Shown: positions 18,158 to 25,929 of the stretch, piece after piece
How the letters are laid out: the number at the start of each line of letters is the position of its first letter
Position numbering within the stretch: the stretch's first letter is position 1
Notes under the pieces: model-generated
The model's database searches: none
The model's input: the letters and a program-made list of their open reading frames with translations, nothing else
What the model was told of the DNA's origin: nothing
Made by a program: the position numbers and the translations under genes
Source of the DNA: Elusimicrobiota bacterium
Lineage (GTDB): Bacteria > Elusimicrobiota > Elusimicrobia > UBA1565
Reading direction: 5' to 3'
Length of the DNA stretch: 64,000 nucleotides
NCBI GenBank assembly: GCA_043827405.1
Contig: JBDRPD010000105.1
Coordinates: forward strand, 1 to 64,000

Positions 18158-19355
18158 GATGGGCGAAGAGCAATCCGACGCCAAGGGGCTGGGCTTCTTC
18201 GAGCGCTACCTGACGCTGTGGGTGCTGCTGTGCATCGCCGGCGGAATCCTCCTGGGCAAGCTCGCGCCGGGCTTCGCCGCCCGGCTCGACGGCATGGCCG
18301 TCTATGTCGGCGCTGCCCCAGTGGTTTCAATTCCCATCGCCGTCTGCCTGTTCTTCATGATGTATCCCATTATGGTTAAGATCGATTTCGGCGAGGTGCT
18401 GCAGGCCGGACGCAGCATTAAGCCCGTGGGCTTGACCTTGCTCATCAACTGGGCGATCAAGCCGTTCACCATGTACGCGATCTCGACGTTTTTTCTCGGC
18501 ACGCTGTTTCTCGGCTTCATCGGGCCGGATGCGGTCGATCTGGTCAAGATGCCGCTCGGGCTCAACCTTGATGCGGGCGCGGCCTACGGCGCCGGCCGCG
18601 TCGTCATGGAGGGCGGCGTCAAGATGCTGGAGGTCCCGTTGTGGCGCAGCTACCTGGCCGGCTGCATCCTTCTCGGCATCGCCCCCTGCACCGCCATGGT
18701 TCTGGTCTGGGGCTATCTGGCGAAAGGCAATGACGGGCATACTTTGGTCATGGTCGCGATCAACTCCTTGGCCATGCTCTTTCTTTTTGGTCCGCTCGGC
18801 GGCTTTCTTCTCGGCGTCGGCCGCCTGCCGGTTCCCTGGCAGGCGCTGCTGCTGTCGATCGGGATCTACGTCGCGCTGCCTCTGGTCGCGGGCTACTTCT
18901 CGCGCCGGTGGATCATCGCCGCCAAGGGCGAGGTCTGGTTCAAAGAGAAGTTCCTGCAGGTGCTGACGCCGGTGACCATCTCGGCGCTCTTGATTACTCT
19001 GGTCCTGCTGTTTTCCTTCAAAGGAGAGGTGATCCTTTCCAATCCCCTCACGATAGTGTGGATCGCGGTGCCGTTGTTTCTCCAGACCGTTCTGATCTTC
19101 GCTCTCGGCTACGCGCTGGCGAAAGTTTTCAAACTCTCCTACCGCGACGCCGCTCCTTCGGCCATGATCGGCGCCTCGAACCATTTCGAGGTCGCGATCG
19201 CCACCTCGACCATGCTCTTCGGGCTTTCCTCTGGAGCGGCGCTGGCCACCGTGGTCGGAGTCCTCATTGAGGTTCCGCTCATGCTCATGCTGGTGCGCTT
19301 CTGCCTGCGGACGGATAAATGGTTTGCGACGGAAACACCGTCACCTCTGAATTGA
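18156..19355 (+). CDS. acr3: Acr3-family arsenite efflux transporter
   Basis: [60 protein letters not shown]. Confidence 0.95.
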   Translation: MMGEEQSDAKGLGFFERYLTLWVLLCIAGGILLGKLAPGFAARLDGMAVYVGAAPVVSIPIAVCLFFMMYPIMVKIDFGEVLQAGRSIKPVGLTLLINWAIKPFTMYAISTFFLGTLFLGFIGPDAVDLVKMPLGLNLDAGAAYGAGRVVMEGGVKMLEVPLWRSYLAGCILLGIAPCTAMVLVWGYLAKGNDGHTLVMVAINSLAMLFLFGPLGGFLLGVGRLPVPWQALLLSIGIYVALPLVAGYFSRRWIIAAKGEVWFKEKFLQVLTPVTISALLITLVLLFSFKGEVILSNPLTIVWIAVPLFLQTVLIFALGYALAKVFKLSYRDAAPSAMIGASNHFEVAIATSTMLFGLSSGAALATVVGVLIEVPLMLMLVRFCLRTDKWFATETPSPLN

Positions 19356-20251
19356 GCCGGGCGGATATGCTCGGCTCGTGGAAGGCGCGCTGGGGCGTTA
19401 ACCGCATGCGCTACAAGGTCTGCCCCGGGCTGCGCACGCTGGGCAGTCCCGGAAAGGATTCCCCCGTCCTGGTATCGGCCAACTACAAGATGAGCTTTGA
19501 CCGCTTGCGCGCGGCGCTGGCGGGGCGCGATGCCTGGATTCTCGTGCTCGACACCCAGGGGATCAATGTCTGGTGCGCGGCCGGCAAAGGCACCTTCGGC
19601 ACCGATGAGCTCGTCGCCAGAATTGAGCAGCATAAGCTGTCGGAAGTCGTATCTCATAAGACGGTCATCGTGCCGCAATTGGGCGCACCCGGGGTCTCCG
19701 GCTATGCGGTGACCAAGCGCACGAGGTTTAAGGTGATTTTCGGCCCGGTGCTCGCGGCGGACCTGCCGGCATTCCTGGATGCCGGCATGAGGGCGACGCG
19801 GGAGATGCGCCGGGTGAAGTTCGATTTATGGGACCGTGCCGTCCTCGTCCCCATGGAGCTCGTGGGCTGGGGCAAGTATGTCCTGCCGCTTTGCTTGCTG
19901 CTGTATTTCGCCGGCGGATGGATATACGCGCTGCCGGGGCTAATTGCGCTCCTGGCCGGCGCGGTGTTGGGACCGCTGCTGCTGCCCTATCTTCCGGGGC
20001 GGAGTTTCTCGGCCAAAGGCGCTTGGACCGGCCTGGCTTGCGCCGTCGCCGCCGCGCACGCAGCGCGGCTGCCGGGGATGCCGGCGGCGGCATGGGTATT
20101 GATCATCACGGCGCTGTCGTCTTTCATGACGGCGTATTTCACCGGCTGCTCTACCTACACGTCTCTGTCCGGGGTGCGCAAGGAGCTTCGCTTCGCTGTT
20201 CCGCTGCAGGGGAGCGCCGCTCTAATCGGGCTGGTGCTGCTGTTCCTATGA
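19319..20251 (+). CDS. hgcA: Mercury methylation corrinoid protein
   Basis: Cap-helix motif [34 protein letters not shown]-terminal TM helices; [16 protein letters not shown]. Confidence 0.96.
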   Translation: MVCDGNTVTSELSRADMLGSWKARWGVNRMRYKVCPGLRTLGSPGKDSPVLVSANYKMSFDRLRAALAGRDAWILVLDTQGINVWCAAGKGTFGTDELVARIEQHKLSEVVSHKTVIVPQLGAPGVSGYAVTKRTRFKVIFGPVLAADLPAFLDAGMRATREMRRVKFDLWDRAVLVPMELVGWGKYVLPLCLLLYFAGGWIYALPGLIALLAGAVLGPLLLPYLPGRSFSAKGAWTGLACAVAAAHAARLPGMPAAAWVLIITALSSFMTAYFTGCSTYTSLSGVRKELRFAVPLQGSAALIGLVLLFL

Positions 20252-20544
20252 CCCGGCACCGATACCTAAGCGGCGTCTCCACGCTCGCGCTCGACGCGGC
20301 GAAGTGCACGGGCTGCGGCTTCTGCCTTGACGTCTGCCCGCATGAGGTCTTCCAGTTGGCGGACAAGAAGGCCGTCATCGCCGATCTCGACGCCTGCATG
20401 GAGTGCGGAGCCTGCGCGCTTAACTGCCCGACGCAGGCGCTCTTGGTTGAGTCCGGCGTCGGCTGCGCCCAGGCCATCGTCAAAGGCGCCGTTACCGGCA
20501 CCGAGCCCACCTGCGGCTGCGAGAATAAGCCGGACTGCTGCTAG
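20248..20544 (+). CDS. hgcB: Mercury methylation 2x[4Fe-4S] ferredoxin
   Basis: CTGCGFCLDVCP, CMECGACALNCP, GVGCA, C-terminal CGC...CC; ATGA overlap with hgcA. Confidence 0.96.
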   Translation: MTRHRYLSGVSTLALDAAKCTGCGFCLDVCPHEVFQLADKKAVIADLDACMECGACALNCPTQALLVESGVGCAQAIVKGAVTGTEPTCGCENKPDCC

Positions 20545-20771
20545 GAGCTCCCCTCCTGCGGCTGCGCAGGCAGCTCGACTTGCTGCTTGCGGTCCCTCCG
20601 CACCGACTGCGAAAATAAGTCCGTCTATTTTTCGTTACCTGTCTCCCGTGACTTCGGATTGCGGAGGTCTTAAGGGCGCACTTTGAAGTTGAGCTTGTAC
20701 TGGGCCCGGGCCCAGTTGTTTCTGCTGAAATTACTTGTTCTTTTTTTTGATAATTTTCAGGGAACTAATAT

Positions 20772-21881
20772 GTGACGTACTCGTATGTAGCAGGTATGGT
20801 GAACGGGTATGGCGAAGTCAGTTCGGGCATCGATCTCGCTGCTCTGTCGGATAAGGCCTTGCTGGCGTCGCTCAAGCGCTTGGTCGCCGAGGAGCGCGTC
20901 CGTACCGTCGACGTGCTGCGGCATCTCGCGGAGGCGGATCGGCGTCGGGCATATGAACCGGAAGCGTTTCCGAGCCTGTTCAGCTACTGCGTGCGGGAGC
21001 TCGGTTTTTCCGAGGAGCAGGCGTATCGCCGAATTCGGGTTGCGCGCGAAGGAAGGGATTACCCGGTGATCTTTTCAATGCTCGAGCGCGGGGAAATCTC
21101 GCTTACGGTGGTTGCCTTGTTGGCGCCGCACCTGGGGCGTGAGAATTACAGTCGGCTTCTCAAGCAGGCCGCGGGCAAGACGCGGCGTGAGGTCGAGCGC
21201 ATTATCTCCTCGCTCGCACCGAAGCCTGAACCCAGCGACCGCGTGCGATATTTAGGGACACGACGAGCGGCGAGTCAGGCATTGACGCCGGCTTCATCCG
21301 AGCCGTCCGCACAGAGGATGTTCCTGGAGGCTGGCGGCGAACTTGTGTCGAAGTCCGGTGATGCCGAGATCGAAATAATAGATAGCAGATCGGCAGAGAG
21401 TGGGTCGGCGGAGAGCGGGTCGGCGGAGAGTAGGCCGGCAGATAGCAGATCGGCAGAGGGCAAGCCGGCAGATAGCAGATCGGCAGAGAGCAAGCCTGCT
21501 GATAGCAGATCGGCAGAGAGCAAGCCGGCAGATAGCAGATCAACAGAGGGCAAGCCGGCAGATAGCAGATCGGCAGAGAGCAAGCCTGCAGATAGCAGAT
21601 CGGCAGCGAGCGGGTCGGCGGAGAGCGGGAAAAGTGAAGCTGCTGCGATGAATGCTCATGAGCAGGGATTGTCCCAGCGCGTTTGTCTTAAGTTCGCCGC
21701 CGATGAGAGCCTGCTGGTTAAGCTGCGCCGCGCACGGGAGCTGCTTTTCCATAAGTATCCTTCGGGGCGCCTGGAATTTTTGGTCGGGCAGGCGCTGGAG
21801 GATTTACTGGAGAAGCGAGACCCAGAGCATCGGCTCGCGCGGCTGGCGAATAGGAAACGCCGCGCGCGGGACCGGCCGTAA
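20772..21881 (+). CDS. DUF222-like protein (N-terminal part of HNH-associated family) with internal tandem repeats; no HNH domain; start uncertain
   Basis: LSDKALL..LKRLVAEER...HLAEADRRR...SLFSYCVRELGFSEEQAYRRI; C-terminal KLRRARELLFHKYP; no C-x2-C or HNH motif before the stop. Confidence 0.6.
   Translation: MTYSYVAGMVNGYGEVSSGIDLAALSDKALLASLKRLVAEERVRTVDVLRHLAEADRRRAYEPEAFPSLFSYCVRELGFSEEQAYRRIRVAREGRDYPVIFSMLERGEISLTVVALLAPHLGRENYSRLLKQAAGKTRREVERIISSLAPKPEPSDRVRYLGTRRAASQALTPASSEPSAQRMFLEAGGELVSKSGDAEIEIIDSRSAESGSAESGSAESRPADSRSAEGKPADSRSAESKPADSRSAESKPADSRSTEGKPADSRSAESKPADSRSAASGSAESGKSEAAAMNAHEQGLSQRVCLKFAADESLLVKLRRARELLFHKYPSGRLEFLVGQALEDLLEKRDPEHRLARLANRKRRARDRP
21381..21629 (+). 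repeat. In-frame 30-bp tandem repeat (about DSRSAESKPA) with 15-bp subunits
   Basis: GATAGCAGAT at 21381, 21441, 21471, 21501, 21531, 21561, 21591; flanking 15-bp units encode SAESG. Confidence 0.95.
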
Positions 21882-22018
21882 GGCGGGCGGTGTGCTTAGC
21901 CGCTGCTAGGCGGCGGTCAGGGTGTTCCCAAAAGTTTTACATAATATGTATTATCAAGCCGTACTATCGGTTTTTCGATAGTGACGACGAAAGCCTTTTT
22001 TACCGGCGGAGGGCTCAC

Positions 22019-23266
22019 TTGGCCGTCATAACGATTTTTCATGCCTCCCGTTGCCACGGGAATGAGGTCGCTGATGCCGTGGCGAAGCAGACTGGTTGTG
22101 AGCGCATCGAGGACCGGCTGTTCGCGGACGCTTCCCGCCGGTTCCAGGTATCCAAAGAGAAGCTTCTCGGGGCGATGACCGGCCCCGCCCCCTTCTGGAA
22201 CAGATTTACGCACGAGCGGGAGAAGAACTTGGCCCGGTTAAGGGTCGTTCTCGCCGACTTGGTGGCGGATGATTCCAAGCTGCTCGTCGGCCTCGCCGCG
22301 CACCTTGTTCCCCGCGACCTGGCGCATGTCCTGCGGGTATGCGTCGTCGCCAATTTCGGGTACCGGGTTCGGCAAGCCGCGCTGGAGACGGGGAAGGCCG
22401 AGAACGAGGTCTCCGAGCTCCTGCGCGGTGAGGACGCTGAACTCCTGGAATGGACGCGCTACCTTTACGAAAAACCCCCCTACGAGGAAGAGCTCTACGA
22501 TCTCGTGGTTCCGATGCAGGACCAATCCGTTGCCGCGGCCGCCGGGCTCATCTGCGAGCAGGCGAAGAGTTCGTCCGTAGCGGTGACCGAAGTCTCCCGC
22601 GTCGCCGCGCGTGATTTCCAGCTGGCGGCCTTGGTGGGGCTGGAACTGGCGCAGGCGAATCATGATGTCGATGTGCGTGCCCGCCACGGCGAGATCACCA
22701 TCGCGCTCAAGCAGCATGTCCTGATGATGGCGCAGTACCAGCGGGAACTGCGGGGGATCGCGGAGAAAGTTTCCGGAGTCGACGGCGTGAAGTTCGGCTT
22801 CGCTCCGCGGTACAAGGCGCCCGCCATCAATACCATGTCCAATGTGGAGCTGCCGCCGAAGATCCTGCTCGTCGATGACGAAAAGGACTTTGTGCAGACT
22901 GTTTCGGAGCGGCTCAAAACGCGCAATCTCGACTCCTCCGTCGTCTACAATGGACAGCAGGCGCTGGACTATGTCGAGAGTGATCAGCCGGATGTGGTGG
23001 TCGTCGATTTGATGATGCCCGGCATCGGCGGTATCGAGGTCCTGCGCCGGATCAAGAAGACTCACCCGAACATCGAGGTTATCGTCCTGACCGGTCATGG
23101 TTCGGAGCAGGAGGAGCGCCTGGCCGCTGAGCTTGGGGCCTTCGCGTACCTGCAGAAGCCGGTTAATATCGACATCCTCGCGCGCACCATGCGTGAGGCC
23201 TATCAGAAGGTGAACGAGACCAGGGCGAAGTCTCCGCCGGACGCTCGGGATCGAGAGGCGCAATGA
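22019..23266 (+). CDS. Cytidylate-kinase-like + BON-like + C-terminal receiver domain protein
   Basis: TTG start after GGAGGG; AVITIF, HVLRVCVVA, YDLVV; receiver LLVDDE, VVDLMMPG, LTGHGS, YLQKP. Confidence 0.8.
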   Translation: MAVITIFHASRCHGNEVADAVAKQTGCERIEDRLFADASRRFQVSKEKLLGAMTGPAPFWNRFTHEREKNLARLRVVLADLVADDSKLLVGLAAHLVPRDLAHVLRVCVVANFGYRVRQAALETGKAENEVSELLRGEDAELLEWTRYLYEKPPYEEELYDLVVPMQDQSVAAAAGLICEQAKSSSVAVTEVSRVAARDFQLAALVGLELAQANHDVDVRARHGEITIALKQHVLMMAQYQRELRGIAEKVSGVDGVKFGFAPRYKAPAINTMSNVELPPKILLVDDEKDFVQTVSERLKTRNLDSSVVYNGQQALDYVESDQPDVVVVDLMMPGIGGIEVLRRIKKTHPNIEVIVLTGHGSEQEERLAAELGAFAYLQKPVNIDILARTMREAYQKVNETRAKSPPDARDREAQ

Positions 23267-24978
23267 CGTCCTCCGAAGCGCCGCAGGAGAAGGAGGCGCG
23301 GTCCACGCTGGCCGGCGGGACCGTCGGCAAGGTGCTGCGGTATCAGCATCTGTGGCTGACCTCCGTCATCGTGACCTCGTTGGTGGCCATTACGCCGCTG
23401 CTTATCATGGCGGCGTTCGACTACTCCCATAATCGCGCGGCAGGCCGCGTTGAAAGCCAGCTGACGATAAACCGTCTGCTGGGGACCACTAAGCGCAGCC
23501 TTGAGGACGCGATTCGGGAGCGCCGCGAGGTCCTCTCTCTGCTTCTCATCGAGAGGTCGCATTCGGAGTTGACACAGAAGGCGGCGCTGTCCCGTACGCT
23601 CGCCCACCTGCAGGACACCTTCGGCGGCTTCGTCGATCTCGGCCTGATCGACTCGGGCGGCAAGCAGATCGCGTACGCCGGACCGTTCGATCTCAAGGGC
23701 AAGAACTATAAAGACCAGGATTGGTTCCATGCGACGCGGCTCAAGGGCGTCTATGTCAGCGACGTGTTTAAGGGGTTTCGAAACTTCCCCCACTTCGTGA
23801 TCGCGCTGCAGAAGAAGAAGGGCGCCGATGATTTTTTTATCCTGCGCGCGACGTTGGATATGGAGCTCATTAACCGGCGCATCTACGACCTGAATCTCGA
23901 CCGCGATACGGATGCGTTTATTATTAATCAGGACGGCGTGCTGCAGACCGACTCGGCGCTCTACGGCGCCGCGCTCACCCGGATCGATATCCGCGTCCCG
24001 TCCCGTTCGCGCAGCACCGACGTCGTCGACGAACGTCTCCAGGACGGCTCATGGCTTACCTCGGGTTTCGCCTATATCGAGGACGCTCCCTACATCTTCG
24101 TTGTCGTTAAGCGGCAGCGCAATCCTCTGTGGGTGTGGCTGGGCCATCGGTCCACGATGTTCTGGTTCCTCGGCGCCAGTATTATCGTCATTCTCGCCGT
24201 CGGGTTCTTTAGCTCGACCTGGATCGTCAAGCGCCTCGGCAAGGCGGACGCGGAACGCGCCCGCGAGCTGCATGATCTCGAGTACACCAATAAGCTGGCG
24301 ACCATCGGCCGCATGGCGGCCACGGTCGCCCATGAGATCAACAACCCCCTGGCGATCATCGAGGAGAATGCGGGGCTGCTCAAAGATATGGCGACGTTTT
24401 CCGCGGGGCATCCGCAAAAGGAAAAGACGCTCAAGCTTGTTGAGCTAATACACAAGTCGGTGGCGCGCTGCAGTGATGTGACCCATCGGCTGCTTGGTTT
24501 TGCCAAGCGCATGGATATCCAGCGCGAGCCGATTGCCCTCGATAAGCTGCTTGAGGAAGTCGCCAGCTTCCAGAAGACCGAGGCCCTGCACCGGAACATC
24601 AAGATCGATTTCGCCTTGCCGGATTCGCTCCCCCCCGTTATCGGCGACCGCGGGAAGCTGCAGCAGGTGTTTCTCAATATCATCAGCAACGCTTTGTCCG
24701 CGGTGGACGACGGGGGTCGGATTCAGATTGAGGTGGCTCAGCTGGACGCTACGCATGCGTCGGTGATGGTCACTGATAACGGGAGCGGTATCGGTCAAAA
24801 GGATCTGAAGCATATTTTCGAGCCCTTCTATTCGACCAAGGGAGAGTTCGGAACGGGGTTGGGGCTTTCCATTACCCGCGATATCGTCACCAAGTTGGGC
24901 GGTACGATAGAGGTGCAAAGCGAGGTCGGCAGCGGCACAAGCTTTATCGTGACCTTGCCTATCCAGGGGAAAGTGTGA
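23263..24978 (+). CDS. Membrane sensor histidine kinase (Cache-like domain)
   Basis: 2 TM; YVSDVFKGFR; KLATIGRMAATVAHEINNPL; DNGSG; FEPFYSTK; GTGLGLSI. Confidence 0.92.
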   Translation: MTSSEAPQEKEARSTLAGGTVGKVLRYQHLWLTSVIVTSLVAITPLLIMAAFDYSHNRAAGRVESQLTINRLLGTTKRSLEDAIRERREVLSLLLIERSHSELTQKAALSRTLAHLQDTFGGFVDLGLIDSGGKQIAYAGPFDLKGKNYKDQDWFHATRLKGVYVSDVFKGFRNFPHFVIALQKKKGADDFFILRATLDMELINRRIYDLNLDRDTDAFIINQDGVLQTDSALYGAALTRIDIRVPSRSRSTDVVDERLQDGSWLTSGFAYIEDAPYIFVVVKRQRNPLWVWLGHRSTMFWFLGASIIVILAVGFFSSTWIVKRLGKADAERARELHDLEYTNKLATIGRMAATVAHEINNPLAIIEENAGLLKDMATFSAGHPQKEKTLKLVELIHKSVARCSDVTHRLLGFAKRMDIQREPIALDKLLEEVASFQKTEALHRNIKIDFALPDSLPPVIGDRGKLQQVFLNIISNALSAVDDGGRIQIEVAQLDATHASVMVTDNGSGIGQKDLKHIFEPFYSTKGEFGTGLGLSITRDIVTKLGGTIEVQSEVGSGTSFIVTLPIQGKV

Positions 24979-24991
24979 TGGGACAGCGGTG

Positions 24992-25363
24992 ATGGACAAC
25001 AGTTTGCGGATGCTTGTGATCGACGACGAGGAGGACTTGGTGACGGCATTGGTCGAGCGTCTCGGTTATCGGGGCATCGAGGCGGAGTATGCCCTGGATG
25101 GGCGAACGGCGCGCGAGAAGCTCGAAACGAATAGCTACGATATCGTCATCCTCGATCTGAAGCTCCCGGGAGAAAGCGGCGCCGAACTTCGCGATAGTAT
25201 CGCGCGGAAATATCCCGAGCTCCCGATCCTGATGATAACGGGCCATGGCGCGCACCCCGAGAGCCCGGGCTCGCCTCCGCTGCCGGGAGGTACCGTGCTG
25301 GAGAAGCCGGTTAACCTGGATGTCCTCATCGAGAAAGCGCGCGAAATGGCGAAGAAGCGCTAG
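24992..25363 (+). CDS. Single-domain response regulator
   Basis: VIDDEE, ILDLKLPG, ITGHG, EKPV. Confidence 0.88.
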   Translation: MDNSLRMLVIDDEEDLVTALVERLGYRGIEAEYALDGRTAREKLETNSYDIVILDLKLPGESGAELRDSIARKYPELPILMITGHGAHPESPGSPPLPGGTVLEKPVNLDVLIEKAREMAKKR

Positions 25364-25368
25364 GGCCG

Positions 25369-25929
25369 ATGCCGGGAGAAAGCGCGGAGAACGCGGAGCT
25401 GAGCTTCCTCGGCGAGATCACCACCTCGGCGGCGCACGACCTCAATAACGTCGTCTCGGTCATCGAACAGACCGCGGGCCTTCTTGAAGACCTCCTCCTT
25501 CCGGAAGCGGAAGGCGCGGCGGTGTCCAAAGAGCAGCTCGAGAATATCGTCGAGAAGCTGAACCGGCAGACCCGGCGGGGCGCGGCGATCATCAAGCGGC
25601 TGAAGAATCTCGCCCACGACGCGGGCGAGCCCGGGCGGGAATTCGATGCGGCCGCCGCCCTCGTGACCGCGGCCGCGCTTTCTCAGCGCTTGGCGGAGCG
25701 CCGGAAGATTGTGCTCGATGCCCGCCTTAGCGAAGCGCCGGTCGCCGTTCGGGGCAGCGCCTTTCGCTTCCAGCAGGCCCTCTATGCGGCGCTCAGAAGG
25801 ATGATCTCCGGAGCGCCGGAGGGCAGCACGCTGACGCTCCGGGTTGAGAAAAGCGGAGACGGCGCGGCGGTCAGCGTGACGGGAACGCCGGGCGCCCCGC
25901 TGGAAAAAGACGAATTTCGCTTCCCTTAG
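25369..25929 (+). CDS. Truncated/degenerate histidine kinase (HisKA plus partial HATPase)
   Basis: FLGEITTSAAHDLNN H-box; FQQALY; no N, G1 or G2 boxes. Confidence 0.7.
   Translation: MPGESAENAELSFLGEITTSAAHDLNNVVSVIEQTAGLLEDLLLPEAEGAAVSKEQLENIVEKLNRQTRRGAAIIKRLKNLAHDAGEPGREFDAAAALVTAAALSQRLAERRKIVLDARLSEAPVAVRGSAFRFQQALYAALRRMISGAPEGSTLTLRVEKSGDGAAVSVTGTPGAPLEKDEFRFP

Noticed and set aside
19319..20251. CO dehydrogenase/acetyl-CoA synthase corrinoid subunit instead of HgcA
   Set aside because: NVWCAAGK cap helix, TM C-terminus and adjacent hgcB
19300..20544. Selenocysteine extension of HgcA or HgcB
   Set aside because: An in-frame TAA (19316-19318) directly precedes the hgcA ATG, and hgcB ends CC-TAG
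21381..21629. CRISPR array
   Set aside because: Units are contiguous with near-identical intervening sequence, in frame within a CDS, and no cas genes are present
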